64,000 nt of DNA from a virus (IMGVR_UViG_2563366977_000001:15651-79650); one strand, 5' to 3'. Positions 19,238 to 29,079 are shown, counted from the stretch's first letter. The notes: generated by a model from the letters alone, not told the origin. Numbers and translations are program-made.

Positions 19238-19533
19238 ATGTGGAAAGCAACCCGTTTACCGGTTGGCAATTCAACGTCCAGACTCAACTTCCCACCCATA
19301 GCCTCAACGTAACGTTTAAGCGTTGCCACTTTCAAGTCATTGCCTCGTTGTTCAAGTTTTGTGATGGCTGGTTGACTAATTCCCATCGCATCGGCAACTG
19401 TTTTTTGTGATAACTGAAGCTCCTCTCTCAACATCTGCAATCCGACTTCCAGAATCATTTCATCAGCCTGCTCTTTGATACGAGCTTGGCTTTCAGGGGA
19501 TTGCGCAGCAATAACTTCTCTTAGAGTTCTCAT
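19234..19533 (-). CDS. XRE-family HTH antitoxin
   Basis: 99 aa; [24 protein letters not shown]; overlaps toxin stop. Confidence 0.65.
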   Translation of the reverse strand: MRTLREVIAAQSPESQARIKEQADEMILEVGLQMLREELQLSQKTVADAMGISQPAITKLEQRGNDLKVATLKRYVEAMGGKLSLDVELPTGKRVAFHI

Positions 19534-19880
19534 TATTTTTTCTCAAGTTCTGCAAGATGGTTGGAAAATTCGTCGTCTGCAATCCGTATCATTCTTTCGT
19601 AGAACTTTTTATCGTTACTTTTATCTCCGGCGCACAGGATTATGGCTTGCCTTACCGGATCAAATGCGAAGAATGCTCTGATAGGGCGACCAGCGTACTG
19701 AATCCGTAACTCCTTCATGTTTTTATGGCGTGAGCCTTTAACTGTGTCGGCATATGGCCTTGATAATGAAGGGCCATATGTTTCCAGATTGATCAGGTCA
19801 ACCAGGATTTTTTCTTTTAATGCAGGTTCCTGTTCCTGGAACCATTCATCAAAAATTTTTCCAAAATAAATTTGCCACAT
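19533..19880 (-). CDS. RelE/ParE-superfamily toxin (phage Gp49-like / HigB-like)
   Basis: 115 aa; conserved KELRIQYAGRPIRAFFAF...IILCAGDK pattern typical of Gp49-like toxins. Confidence 0.7.
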   Translation of the reverse strand: MWQIYFGKIFDEWFQEQEPALKEKILVDLINLETYGPSLSRPYADTVKGSRHKNMKELRIQYAGRPIRAFFAFDPVRQAIILCAGDKSNDKKFYERMIRIADDEFSNHLAELEKK

Positions 19881-19916
19881 AGTTATTCAAAATCCTTTTT
19901 AATAAACTACATGTTA

Positions 19917-19951
19917 TAAACTACAGGTTATAGCATATAACCTGTAGTTTA
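19917..19951. promoter_or_regulatory. Palindromic operator upstream of the toxin-antitoxin operon
   Basis: TAAACTACAGGTTATA-GC-ATATAACCTGTAGTTTA perfect palindrome plus a direct half-repeat AAACTACATGTTATA. Confidence 0.55.
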
Positions 19952-19985
19952 TATTTTCAAGACCGTTTTTTATTCGATTTAGCAT

Positions 19986-20639
19986 TTAAAGTATCACGGT
20001 ATCCTCATCAACTTCTGTCCCTGCCAGTGACTTTGGCTGGGAGGCGGCTGCTTTAACCTTCTCATGCCCAATAATGGACAGGAACGAGGCCATTATCCCT
20101 GCTTTGTTTTCTTTCTCTACCGATCCAGTCATTTGCTTCAGGTAATCCGCGCTGGCAACATTGTGGTATACCGTTGCATAGCAGCACAGAATCATCAGGA
20201 TGTGCTCTGGTCGGATATCTTGCCAGTTAACTCGATAAACCTCTTCACCGTTGCCGTTGTATTCGGTATCGACGATAGAGTCGGGGATCTCGAATGCCCC
20301 TTTGTTCTTGTCAGGCAGGGATAGCAGCCTTTGTAGTTTCAGCTCTCGGTATCTCTCCATGCCGACAATGATCGCCGCTCTGCCGTCGGCGTGCCGTGTT
20401 TTTAATGTTACCTGGCTGGCACCTGTACCGGCTGAAATGGTTGGCGTGATTTCGTCAACCAGCACCTTAAATTCACTTTTACGCAGCTCGGCAATTGCTG
20501 GTGGAATTTTTCGTTTTTGTTCAATAGCAGATGCTGGGAGGGGCTTTACTTTGTCAATTACAAGCGCACCGTCTTTCAGGACTGCCGTAGCCATCAGCGG
20601 CTTGTTAGTCGAAAGGCTGAATATTGCGATCTTTTGCAT
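19986..20639 (-). CDS. Hypothetical protein
   Basis: 217-aa ORF, no recognisable motif. Confidence 0.4.
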   Translation of the reverse strand: MQKIAIFSLSTNKPLMATAVLKDGALVIDKVKPLPASAIEQKRKIPPAIAELRKSEFKVLVDEITPTISAGTGASQVTLKTRHADGRAAIIVGMERYRELKLQRLLSLPDKNKGAFEIPDSIVDTEYNGNGEEVYRVNWQDIRPEHILMILCCYATVYHNVASADYLKQMTGSVEKENKAGIMASFLSIIGHEKVKAAASQPKSLAGTEVDEDTVIL

Positions 20640-20667
20640 GGCTTTTACTCCACGATAGCAGGCACAA

Positions 20668-20692
20668 AAAAAGGCCGCACATGGCGGCCTGC
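20668..20692 (-). terminator. Strong minus-strand rho-independent terminator
   Basis: AGGCCGCCATGTGCGGCCT hairpin followed by TTTTTTT on the minus strand. Confidence 0.55.
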
Positions 20693-20904
20693 TTTGGCGT
20701 TATGACTCCCTACCGCGCATCGGCTGAAAGTTAGTCGTCAAAAGAACCTTCAACGGGAGCCGTTTGCGCAATGGATTTTGTCCAGATTGTGATTTCCAGA
20801 ATAGTGTCAACAATTTTTTTGAATTTTTTATTCGCGCTGAATTTGGCCTAAGTCATTTTGGCGTAGATGTTTGCTTTTGTAACATAAAACTTCAGTTTGT
20901 TTAC

Positions 20905-21534
20905 ATGAAGGATGGTTTTGTGAAGTTAAGGGTTTTGGGAGCAGTGCTCGCGGTTATATTGGGGGGAGTTTCTCTTAATGCTGCCTATGCAGGCGCGTTA
21001 CCTGCAAAGTATGAGGCTGGGCTGAAGGTGTTGCGAAACGCCAAAACAAACTATACGCCTGATGAAGTTTCAAACTATTGCCAGAAAGAAAATATCCCGC
21101 TGAAACCTGTAGAGCCATTCTTTAAAAGCAACATTGAGTTCTGTGTATTTGCATATGCAGCAGATGAAACAGGCAAAGCCATACAAAAGACAGGGTATTC
21201 CACCAAAGACACAATGTCGGTGTTAAGTAACGGCGTGTTGCAGTTTGAGCTTTATCGTCAGCAAGGAATGGGAGATCTATTGCAGCCTTTGTATATGCTG
21301 GCTTGGGTGCCTGAAGGGCAGCAGTTTCTTATCCGGAAAGGGATGCTTCGGCAAAGTGATGTGGCAGGATTCAATAACATGATGGAACTTGAACGAGCCG
21401 CGAAGCAAAAACAAGCACCTAAGCAACCTACAGCGGAATGCATTCGTAGTGAGATCCAAAAGATATTAAGTGAGCAGCCTTACATTGATCGTGGGGTAGC
21501 CGAAGTCGCTGCAAAAATGAAATGTACTAATTAA
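20905..21534 (+). CDS. Secreted protein (signal peptide), AT-rich cargo
   Basis: Trimmed to ATG 20905; N-terminal signal LRVLGAVLAVILGGVSLNAAYA. Confidence 0.5.
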   Translation: MKDGFVKLRVLGAVLAVILGGVSLNAAYAGALPAKYEAGLKVLRNAKTNYTPDEVSNYCQKENIPLKPVEPFFKSNIEFCVFAYAADETGKAIQKTGYSTKDTMSVLSNGVLQFELYRQQGMGDLLQPLYMLAWVPEGQQFLIRKGMLRQSDVAGFNNMMELERAAKQKQAPKQPTAECIRSEIQKILSEQPYIDRGVAEVAAKMKCTN

Positions 21535-21577
21535 AGTCAAATAGAATAACAAAATGGTAACATCTGGAGTTTGTGAA

Positions 21578-22399
21578 ATGTTTTTAAAGAAATGCGGAAA
21601 CATATTTTGTTCAACAGCGTTTACTGCTGTTATTGCTCTTTCGGTTCCCAGCATATCTTTTGCTGAAGATTTTAGCAAAATTGACTGTAACGCCACAAAA
21701 ACAAGGCAGATGTTGATCGATGATTATAACGAACTTTTAAAAGATGAACCGGAAAAAGTAACAGTAATTGATGCTTACGATCAGGTTAATGAAATAAGCG
21801 AAAAAAATAAACTCCAATGCTTGGGAACGTATGAGTTCTCTGATGGAAGCACGCTTAGAGTTAGGTATAATTTATACCTAAACAGCCTAGGTACACCTAT
21901 ATATAAATTTGTCCCAGTTGAGGATTTAACGCAATATGACGTAAGCGCATCTATTCATAATGCTCCTGCAACCATTACGAGTGCGCCTGAAAATAATGGA
22001 AAAACATACGCCTGTAAGGTCGCTGTAACCTACAATGGAAAACGCTCTAACTACATGGGGGATTCTGGTACATGGGATCGTGTGATTACTGATTATGGAT
22101 CTTACTTCTCATGGGATTTGCCACGCGGAAACAGAGGTAACAGCACTGGGCAGGATGCTTTTAGTGGTATAGACGAATCAAAGCCTGTATTAGAAAATCA
22201 GTTGGTGAGAAAGGAAGTCGAAAAAGATGGTAGTGTGGTTGATGAGTTCAGGACTGAAGTAAGCTATGGTGAGAGACAATCAGCACATAAGTTTGTATAT
22301 GCCCGTAGAATAAAACCTACAGGGACGAGAGAATATTATGTCACAGATCTGACTGATAAACGGGCATTTATGTTTCTGAATTGTCAGCAAGATTCGTAG
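21578..22399 (+). CDS. Secreted protein (signal peptide), AT-rich cargo
   Basis: Trimmed to ATG 21578; signal peptide ending SISFA; low GC. Confidence 0.5.
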   Translation: MFLKKCGNIFCSTAFTAVIALSVPSISFAEDFSKIDCNATKTRQMLIDDYNELLKDEPEKVTVIDAYDQVNEISEKNKLQCLGTYEFSDGSTLRVRYNLYLNSLGTPIYKFVPVEDLTQYDVSASIHNAPATITSAPENNGKTYACKVAVTYNGKRSNYMGDSGTWDRVITDYGSYFSWDLPRGNRGNSTGQDAFSGIDESKPVLENQLVRKEVEKDGSVVDEFRTEVSYGERQSAHKFVYARRIKPTGTREYYVTDLTDKRAFMFLNCQQDS

Positions 22400-22407
22400 T
22401 TGATATA

Positions 22408-22432
22408 GCAGGCTTAAAGATTAAGCCTGCTA
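22408..22432 (+). terminator. Hairpin terminator (AGCAGGCTTAAAGATTAAGCCTGCT)
   Basis: Perfect stem followed by ATTTGTTTT. Confidence 0.55.
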
Positions 22433-22438
22433 TTTGTT

Positions 22439-22789
22439 TTACTCGGTAATTGTTTTACAGTTGTTTTTATTTAAGGCCAACCCAAGTTTACTTGAGGCCA
22501 ACTCATTTTCGGTGTGAGTGCCAGCAAACACAAAGCCTTGTTTTATCTTGTTTATGGTGAAATATTTGTTGTACATGAAAGCCCAAATAAAAGAGGCGAT
22601 CCAGGGGCCAATTCCGGCAGTGAGGAATGCCAGTATCAGCATCACCACGAACACCCCAATGAAGGTTATAAAGTCTTTCCTGAACAAAGCAGGAAAAGCA
22701 CCAAACAAGAATGTAGTCCAAGAAAAACCATAAAAACCGGTTATTGACTCGCCAGTTTGAGGATTTTCAAGTTTAATTTTAGTAGCCAA
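22439..22789 (-). CDS. DUF2628-like small membrane protein
   Basis: 116 aa; GFYGFSWTTFLFGAFPALFRKDF motif and two TM helices. Confidence 0.5.
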   Translation of the reverse strand: MATKIKLENPQTGESITGFYGFSWTTFLFGAFPALFRKDFITFIGVFVVMLILAFLTAGIGPWIASFIWAFMYNKYFTINKIKQGFVFAGTHTENELASSKLGLALNKNNCKTITE

Positions 22790-22920
22790 AACTATTCATC
22801 CTTTAACATAAAAAACAAATACTTATAAAGCTGTGTGAGTCCGCAATACTACTAATTTACACTTTGTAATGCAATGAGTTGATGTATGTCTTGTGACGCT
22901 GTTATTCATATCTGTAGGAG

Positions 22921-23259
22921 TTAAGATTTTTCGGTAATGGTGATTTCATCTCCTAGCCGATAACGGCGGGGAACGGAATTCTCCATCAGGTCGCGAATTG
23001 CTCCCGCCTCACGCAGTTCCTCTGTCTCCCAGTATCTGTTTGTCACCAGGTCAAGGCTGGCAATGACTTTATGCCGGTCATTCGGCATGGCTTCTTTTTC
23101 AGCCATTATCATCAGTGAGAACTCTTCATCCAGTAGAATTTGATACCAGACTTTTGACAGTTCCAACTCTCTAATGAGGGTGAAGCGCCGCTCAATTGTG
23201 GCGGAAGAATAAGTGAAATCAATTTTTTTCGTGGCATACATTTTGCTGTGTCCGGTCAC
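22921..23259 (-). CDS. Hypothetical protein
   Basis: 112-aa ORF downstream of ant. Confidence 0.35.
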   Translation of the reverse strand: MTGHSKMYATKKIDFTYSSATIERRFTLIRELELSKVWYQILLDEEFSLMIMAEKEAMPNDRHKVIASLDLVTNRYWETEELREAGAIRDLMENSVPRRYRLGDEITITEKS

Positions 23260-23297
23260 TTAGTAGTTAAAGCCCCGGCATGACCGGGGCAAATCTA

Positions 23298-24239
23298 TTA
23301 ACTAACAATCCAGTCGGTCGCTGCTACATCTTCTGGCTGTAAATCAATCGCATAGATCTTGCCGTCGCGAATGGTGCGCCAGTTTTTCCGTGAGCCTCTT
23401 TCGGGCCATACCCAGACACTTTCAGGCCAGGATGCTCGACGGCATACGGTTGCATACCCTGTTTTAATCTTCTCTCTGGCGGTATGCAACGACAGGTTTG
23501 CCTTTGGACTTTCAGGCACAGGATGGTGAATGGCCTGAAATAGCCCCATCTTGGGATGATACCAGCGTTTGTTGCGTGGTTCTGCCTCCGACATAACCTG
23601 CTTAAAGGCTTTCCGGAAGGGGGCCAGGGCCACAATGGAGCGCCGCGCAAGCAAACCGTCGGGAGTTAAAAACTCATGCGTATCAGTGGGTATCCGGTAA
23701 GCGTTGACCAGGTTACGGCATTTGGCTTCAGTCAGGCCACATTTCGCCGCCAACTGGCGGTAGCCAATGTAGCCTTCCGGAATATTACCTTTCTTGATCT
23801 GCTCGACGGTTTCAGCGACTTTGGACACTTGTGCCGATACTTCGGCTACCTGGGCATTAACGGCGTTGATCCGGCGTTCATGCTCAAGATGCATTTGCGC
23901 CATTTCAGCCAGAATTTCGGCTTTTGATTTTAACTGTACCCGGGCATTCTCCAGTTCGCGCCAGCGGTCCACCAGCCGGGCGGTGAATTCGGGAGAGAGC
24001 TGCGCGACGACGACAATACTATCGCGCTTGCCTTGCTCGCCTTCGAAGACATAGACCGGATCTTTGACAACCTTCCCTAAGTTATTGATTCTTTCGACGA
24101 ACTCATTTTGAGTTTCTCGGATGACACCGCTAGCCATCATATTGCGAATGGTACGTAAAACATTGCCGTGACGACTACCAACTAACTCTGCAATATCTAG
24201 GCTACTCATTGTCGCTTTTTGAGAGATGGACAGATTCAT
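23298..24239 (-). CDS. ant: Antirepressor (Rha-family N-terminal domain), P1 ant-like
   Basis: 313 aa; N-terminal SSLDIAELVGSRHGNV Rha-like motif; follows icd-like ORF with ATGA overlap. Confidence 0.65.
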   Translation of the reverse strand: MNLSISQKATMSSLDIAELVGSRHGNVLRTIRNMMASGVIRETQNEFVERINNLGKVVKDPVYVFEGEQGKRDSIVVVAQLSPEFTARLVDRWRELENARVQLKSKAEILAEMAQMHLEHERRINAVNAQVAEVSAQVSKVAETVEQIKKGNIPEGYIGYRQLAAKCGLTEAKCRNLVNAYRIPTDTHEFLTPDGLLARRSIVALAPFRKAFKQVMSEAEPRNKRWYHPKMGLFQAIHHPVPESPKANLSLHTAREKIKTGYATVCRRASWPESVWVWPERGSRKNWRTIRDGKIYAIDLQPEDVAATDWIVS

Positions 24240-24454
24240 CAGTGCACCTCCACGCAGTTCATCGGCAGATTCCAGTAATTGAGGATCTCCATCGCATCAA
24301 GAGTGAAGCGAGCAGCAAAAATGCAGGGTTCTTCGGGAAGGTATGAGCGCGCTTCTGCTTCGGTTGCAGCCATGACGCAGATATACAGGTGTTTTTGGCA
24401 GGAATAGAAACGCCAGATAAATTCAGAATGAGTTGGGGTAGGGATAGTAGCCAT
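24239..24454 (-). CDS. icd: Icd-like small protein (immI operon, cell-division interference)
   Basis: 71-aa ORF upstream of and overlapping ant, as in P1 c4-icd-ant. Confidence 0.45.
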   Translation of the reverse strand: MATIPTPTHSEFIWRFYSCQKHLYICVMAATEAEARSYLPEEPCIFAARFTLDAMEILNYWNLPMNCVEVH

Positions 24455-24455
24455 A

Positions 24456-24560
24456 TTGGCAGCCTCCTTTTGCTAATTTAAGGAGCTACCGCGTGAGGTC
24501 TCAATCTCAATGGCGGTAGCACTGGCTGGGTTGAGACTACCGGCGCAAAAGGGAACCGGC
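24456..24560 (-). ncRNA. Candidate c4-like antisense RNA region
   Basis: Noncoding leader before icd with complementary stems (GCTACCGC / GCGGTAGC, GGTCTCAA / TTGAGAC); by position only. Confidence 0.3.
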
Positions 24561-25256
24561 CTGCCTTTCGGCAGCCCAGCCAGCACTACCATTGATCTTG
24601 GAGCTATACGCTACGTATGGCTGTGCGATGGCATGACACAAAAAAAGACGCTTTCGGCGTCTGTGTCGCCTTTTGCATTATCCGGGGTCTCAATCCCGGC
24701 ACCCGTTTTTCTAAGGTGCCGTAGAAATATACCTCACGATAATGCCAGGGCGCAACAGTCAGTATTTTATGCTTTGGCGGATTTCTTCCGGGCTTGCTTG
24801 CAGGCGTAGGCCATTGCTTTAGCTTTCACTTCATCCAGCTTTCCGGTGATCACTTCTTTTCCGAGAGTGACAAACCAGTCATAGCAACCGCCAGTGATGT
24901 TCTGGATTTGAAAGTTGAGGTAGCGAACGGTCATTTTGACACCCCCAGCGCGAGTAAAGAATGCAGATTATCGCGTGAGTGGCGGACAACGAGTGATGGG
25001 AAAGGACAGTAGCTGTTCATAGTGTAGTGACTCCTTGCTTTCGGAGCCGCCATCGACTGTTCCACGGTCTGGTGGCGGCGCAATAAAGGTTGGAACACCG
25101 TGAGTCAACGGGGGCTTTTCAGCCACCTATATTGCACCGCCATTGGTATGGCGGCGGCAATCATACGAAAAACCAAACGGTTTGTCTCAAAAAGTTGACC
25201 GGTGTACCAATCGGTTGTGAATGTACAACGGCGAATCTCACAATTCAACTTAAAAT

Positions 25257-25268
25257 GTTAGAAAATTA
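25257..25268 (-). promoter_or_regulatory. Operator-like motif (TGTTAGAAAATT) at head of the immI leader
   Basis: Recurrent motif about 800 bp upstream of icd. Confidence 0.4.
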
Positions 25269-25841
25269 ATTCATTAATTCAGTCACCATCTGATACAACG
25301 TCATTTCATCAGCATTGTGCCGCCTGAAATCTGCTTTGCCGCCTATTTTTCCATCAGCATGAACAGGAACCAACCAGGGGTATTGCTCGCGGATCTCTGC
25401 TGGCGCTGCGTGTTGATGGTGCCATTTACACAAAGGGAGGACGTATTTATGCGCGTTCTCTGCTGTTCTCCCAAAGATGTGGTGCAGGGATACCACAGGG
25501 CTATGCTGTCCGTGCATATGGCAGGCAATGCAGGGGAGAGCACCGATGGCAGTTTGTATCCGGCGCTCATCTGCTGTGAGTGTTCTGCCTTTCAGGCCGC
25601 GTGACGCGCGCGTTTTTTTGACAGGAGCAGAAGCGGCCTTCTCTTTTCTTCGCTGTTCATATTGCTTCGCTTTTTCAATTTTCTTTTGCCGATATTCAGG
25701 CGATGCGGCTTTTTCTCGCGCACGCTGCTGCTGGCGTTGAGCTTGCTGAAGACGCTTTGCCCTTTGTTCCTCCCGCCATTTCGGATCAGCCAGTTTTTGC
25801 AGGGCTTTTTGTGTCTGTTTCTCCCAATAGCTTTGCTTCAT
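25266..25841 (-). CDS. ref: Ref-like HNH endonuclease (recombination enhancement function)
   Basis: Trimmed to ATG 25841; K/R/Q-rich N-terminal region then Cys/His-rich HNH-like C-terminus (CIACHMHGQH ... CKWHH). Confidence 0.65.
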   Translation of the reverse strand: MKQSYWEKQTQKALQKLADPKWREEQRAKRLQQAQRQQQRAREKAASPEYRQKKIEKAKQYEQRRKEKAASAPVKKTRASRGLKGRTLTADERRIQTAIGALPCIACHMHGQHSPVVSLHHIFGRTAENAHKYVLPLCKWHHQHAAPAEIREQYPWLVPVHADGKIGGKADFRRHNADEMTLYQMVTELMN

Positions 25842-25886
25842 AGAAATACCCGGTTTGTCTACATAGCCGCTATGGTTGATCAAACG

Positions 25887-25918
25887 TGTTAGAAAATCAA
25901 AATTGATTTTCTAACACA
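25887..25918. promoter_or_regulatory. Palindromic operator pair GTGTTAGAAAATCAA / TTGATTTTCTAACAC between ref and DUF4406 gene
   Basis: Perfect inverted repeat of the recurrent motif in a divergent promoter region. Confidence 0.5.
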
Positions 25919-26113
25919 AAATGAAGATACTTTTTTTCAGACGCTATATCAGGAGGTCATGATGCTTGTCGCAATAAGTGCAATCCACCAGCAATCCGGT
26001 ACAGAAATTGGGTTGCTATATGCCCTGTTTTTCACTGTCCTGGCGTTGTTTGAGCTGGGCATTGAACTCTTTGCTCTCATCAACTTTTGCGTAACGTTCC
26101 TGGGGAAACTTTG

Positions 26114-26725
26114 ATGTCAAAACGCATTATGAAAATTTACATCGCGGGTCCGATGACTGGTTATCCCGACTACAACCGCACAGCGTTTTTTTCGAAAGCA
26201 AAAGAGCTGATGGAGGTAGGGCATATTGTTCTGAATCCGGCGCTGTTACCTGCTGGCCTCTGCCAGAGCGAATACATGGATATTTGCCTTGCAATGGTGC
26301 GTTCGGCTAATGCGGTCTATTTGCTCAAGGGGTGGGAGGAATCAGTTGGCGCTCGTGCAGAGCACGAGCTGGCTCAAAAGCTGGGGCTGAATGTAATTTA
26401 TGAGTCACCAACCAACATTGAATGCCAGGTTGCTCCGCATATTTACCGGGAACTGGTCAATGCACTGCGTGATATCGCTGCTGTATATCACGGCACAGAA
26501 CAGCTTCGTGAGCGTTTAGCCCATACCATTTCCTATTACCTGTCTGCATCTCATGAGCACAAGCTCCGTCAGAAGGTAATGATCAAATTTATCATGAGGT
26601 TATCGAAATCCCTGGCAAACGCCGATCCAAAGAATCCATTACCGAAAGTGGCAATGAATTACCTGAAGTCCTGCAACATTGTTTCTGAAGATGGCGTTCT
26701 TTTGGTTAGAAGGAGTTCTGCGTGA
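26114..26725 (+). CDS. DUF4406 / nucleoside 2-deoxyribosyltransferase-like protein with C-terminal extension
   Basis: N-terminal MKIYIAGPMTGYPDYNR motif; ORF trimmed to ATG 26114. Confidence 0.5.
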   Translation: MSKRIMKIYIAGPMTGYPDYNRTAFFSKAKELMEVGHIVLNPALLPAGLCQSEYMDICLAMVRSANAVYLLKGWEESVGARAEHELAQKLGLNVIYESPTNIECQVAPHIYRELVNALRDIAAVYHGTEQLRERLAHTISYYLSASHEHKLRQKVMIKFIMRLSKSLANADPKNPLPKVAMNYLKSCNIVSEDGVLLVRRSSA

Positions 26726-27039
26726 GCTGGCGGGGATGGGGAAGGGCAGAAATCATGATACTCCGCCAGTGCGCCGGGACTATGACAGTCGAGGGTATTG
26801 GGAGACTGATCGGGCGTACCGGTGGTGCTGTCAGGACTAAAGCGCGGCAATTGCGGATCAGCATGATTCTGAAAGGTGACTTTCACCAGTCAGCCAAATA
26901 CCGGCAGAGCGATATAGAGCTGGCGCGGCAGCTTCATCAGTGTGGCGTTCCCCGCCGTGAGATCGCAGAAAAACTCGAAATGCCCCTGGGAATGATTAAT
27001 CAGTACGTTTATTTCGAAAGGAGAGTGCATGAAGTCTGA
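26722..27039 (+). CDS. Small HTH-like protein
   Basis: 105-aa ORF overlapping previous stop; VPRREIAEKLEMP helix-turn-helix-like segment. Confidence 0.35.
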   Translation: MSWRGWGRAEIMILRQCAGTMTVEGIGRLIGRTGGAVRTKARQLRISMILKGDFHQSAKYRQSDIELARQLHQCGVPRREIAEKLEMPLGMINQYVYFERRVHEV

Positions 27040-27595
27040 AGGTTTAACGCCCGCACAACTGGCAGAGCGTAACGCTGAGTATGTAACGGAAATTTCCCGA
27101 CTTGAGAAAGAGCGCGCGGCGCTGGCGGCGGAGAATGCAAGACTGAAGGCCGGGGCTATGTATTTCTCATATGGCTCTGAATTTAGTTTCGAGTGTCACA
27201 AAACTGCTGAGGAGGCTATCGCTGCTGCTGAGGCTGCAATTGACGACTATAGAGGCGATGCTTGCGATGGATGGAGCGAAGAGGTCGAAAGCATTTGCTG
27301 GGGGGTAATTATTCAGCAGGCAACCAAGGTCGGTGAACGCAAGAAGAGGAAATGCGACAGAGTATCACCATGGATTGAAAGAGTTTGTGATTATGAGCTT
27401 CGACCTAATGTCGAAACCCCAGCCACCGACGCTTTCCTGGCTGAAGTCCGGGCGCAGGGATTGGAGATGTTTGCACAGAAATGTAACTCAAAATCCGAAC
27501 AGTCGCTTGCATCTGATATACGCGATAACTGGAAACTACTCGGTGAACATGCAACTGACTTTGCCGATGAGCTTCGAAGAGGAATCAGCAAGTGA
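27029..27595 (+). CDS. Hypothetical protein
   Basis: 188-aa ORF in same-strand operon. Confidence 0.35.
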   Translation: MKSEGLTPAQLAERNAEYVTEISRLEKERAALAAENARLKAGAMYFSYGSEFSFECHKTAEEAIAAAEAAIDDYRGDACDGWSEEVESICWGVIIQQATKVGERKKRKCDRVSPWIERVCDYELRPNVETPATDAFLAEVRAQGLEMFAQKCNSKSEQSLASDIRDNWKLLGEHATDFADELRRGISK

Positions 27596-27867
27596 ATATC
27601 GACACGACAATAACGATCGATACGCTCCTAAATACCGGTCTGGCACTTCTCGGTTGGCTTTACATCATGTCCCGTACATGGCGATGGCTGGGTTCCATTT
27701 TCCTGAAACAGTGGAAAAAACGGCGCAAACAGGAACTACGCCAGAAGGCATTAGAAGCGTTCTATGACGCATTTGAGCTTAGCCGCATTGAACCAGGTAC
27801 AACAGCCAGGATAGCGACAAAAGGCGACCTGATGATAGTGATGTTCAGACAGGAGAAAACAAAATGA
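27592..27867 (+). CDS. Small membrane protein
   Basis: 91-aa ORF with one hydrophobic helix. Confidence 0.3.
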   Translation: MNIDTTITIDTLLNTGLALLGWLYIMSRTWRWLGSIFLKQWKKRRKQELRQKALEAFYDAFELSRIEPGTTARIATKGDLMIVMFRQEKTK

Positions 27868-28088
27868 CAGAACAGACGATGACAAATCGCGAACTTGTTG
27901 ATGCCGCGATTGAACTTGCTGGCGATTTTTATTCCATGTTGGGTTACGAGCATCGACCTGGTTTTAAGTATTGGGAGTCACCGCATCCGCAAGAACAACA
28001 GGTGTTTGAAATGGCCTGCCGTGCTTTTGAGGTTATTCGCGGTTCTGATGTGATGGAGGCCGTTGCCGACTTGGAGGATGAAGAGTGA
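27864..28088 (+). CDS. Hypothetical protein
   Basis: 74-aa ORF, overlapping stops and starts in operon. Confidence 0.3.
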   Translation: MTEQTMTNRELVDAAIELAGDFYSMLGYEHRPGFKYWESPHPQEQQVFEMACRAFEVIRGSDVMEAVADLEDEE

Positions 28089-28396
28089 GCATCATTAAAG
28101 AAATGCCGGTAGAACGTGATGAATATGGCTGCTGGACACATCCGGAGTATGAAAAGTTTTGCGCAGGTCGTGAATATATATCCACTGAGGAATTTGACGC
28201 CTGGATGAAGGAAAATAATCTTCAGTGGACTATTCGCAGTATGGATGAAGATCATTTTAATCTGGACGCAGATGGTCCCGATATTGCCGCCTGGGAACCA
28301 GAGCGACCAGAGGGCGAAGGATGGTTTGTTGGCTCTATTCATGACACTGAAGATGGCCCGGTTTGTATCTGGCTGCGGGAGAAGGTTGCCGCATGA
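28085..28396 (+). CDS. Hypothetical protein
   Basis: 103-aa ORF. Confidence 0.3.
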   Translation: MSIIKEMPVERDEYGCWTHPEYEKFCAGREYISTEEFDAWMKENNLQWTIRSMDEDHFNLDADGPDIAAWEPERPEGEGWFVGSIHDTEDGPVCIWLREKVAA

Positions 28397-29079
28397 CCCA
28401 GGCGCTGCATGAAGTGAATTTATATAGCCGTATTGATGGTTCAGGCTACAGAAACATATGGGTTGTTGGTGATCTGCATGGTTGCTACACCAGATTGATG
28501 TCTGAACTTCATCGTGTGGACTTTGACCCGACACAGGATTTACTGATATCGGTTGGCGACCTTATCGATCGCGGCACCGAAAATGTTGAATGCCTGGAGC
28601 TATTGCAGATGCCCTGGTTTCGGTCGGTTATGGGAAACCACGAGCGATTAATGATCGATGCGTTAAGCCCCGCAGGCAACGTGAATAACTGGCTAATGAA
28701 TGGCGGCCAATGGTTCTTCATGCTGGACGCTGATCGGGAAATATTAGCCAGGGCGCTGGTGGAACTGGTAAGACGTTTACCCTATATCATTGAGTTGAAC
28801 ACCGGGCATGAAACTATCGTTATAGCCCATGCCGACTATCCTGATAACGAATACCAGTTTGGTAAACCTGTTAGCGATCTCAATGTTACCTGGCGGCGTG
28901 AGCGATTTTATGACGCGGTTGATGGTGTTGGTGGAATGATCACTGGTGCAGATAGCTTTATTTTCGGGCATACGCCAGTAAACAGCCCGAAATCTTTCTG
29001 GAACCAGCACTACATAGACACTGGCGCGGTTTTTTGCGGAAATCTGACGCTAAAGCAGGTGAAGGGAGGACAGCCGTAA
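28393..29079 (+). CDS. ppp: Ser/Thr protein phosphatase (lambda-PPase family), P1 Ppp-like
   Basis: GDLHG, GDLIDRG and GNHE metallophosphatase motifs; trimmed to ATG 28393. Confidence 0.8.
   Translation: MTQALHEVNLYSRIDGSGYRNIWVVGDLHGCYTRLMSELHRVDFDPTQDLLISVGDLIDRGTENVECLELLQMPWFRSVMGNHERLMIDALSPAGNVNNWLMNGGQWFFMLDADREILARALVELVRRLPYIIELNTGHETIVIAHADYPDNEYQFGKPVSDLNVTWRRERFYDAVDGVGGMITGADSFIFGHTPVNSPKSFWNQHYIDTGAVFCGNLTLKQVKGGQP

Noticed and set aside
24510-25012. ORFs 24510..24809 and 24794..25012 in the immI leader
   Set aside because: They lie in the leader expected to encode the c4-like RNA and promoters, and run antisense to the operon direction.
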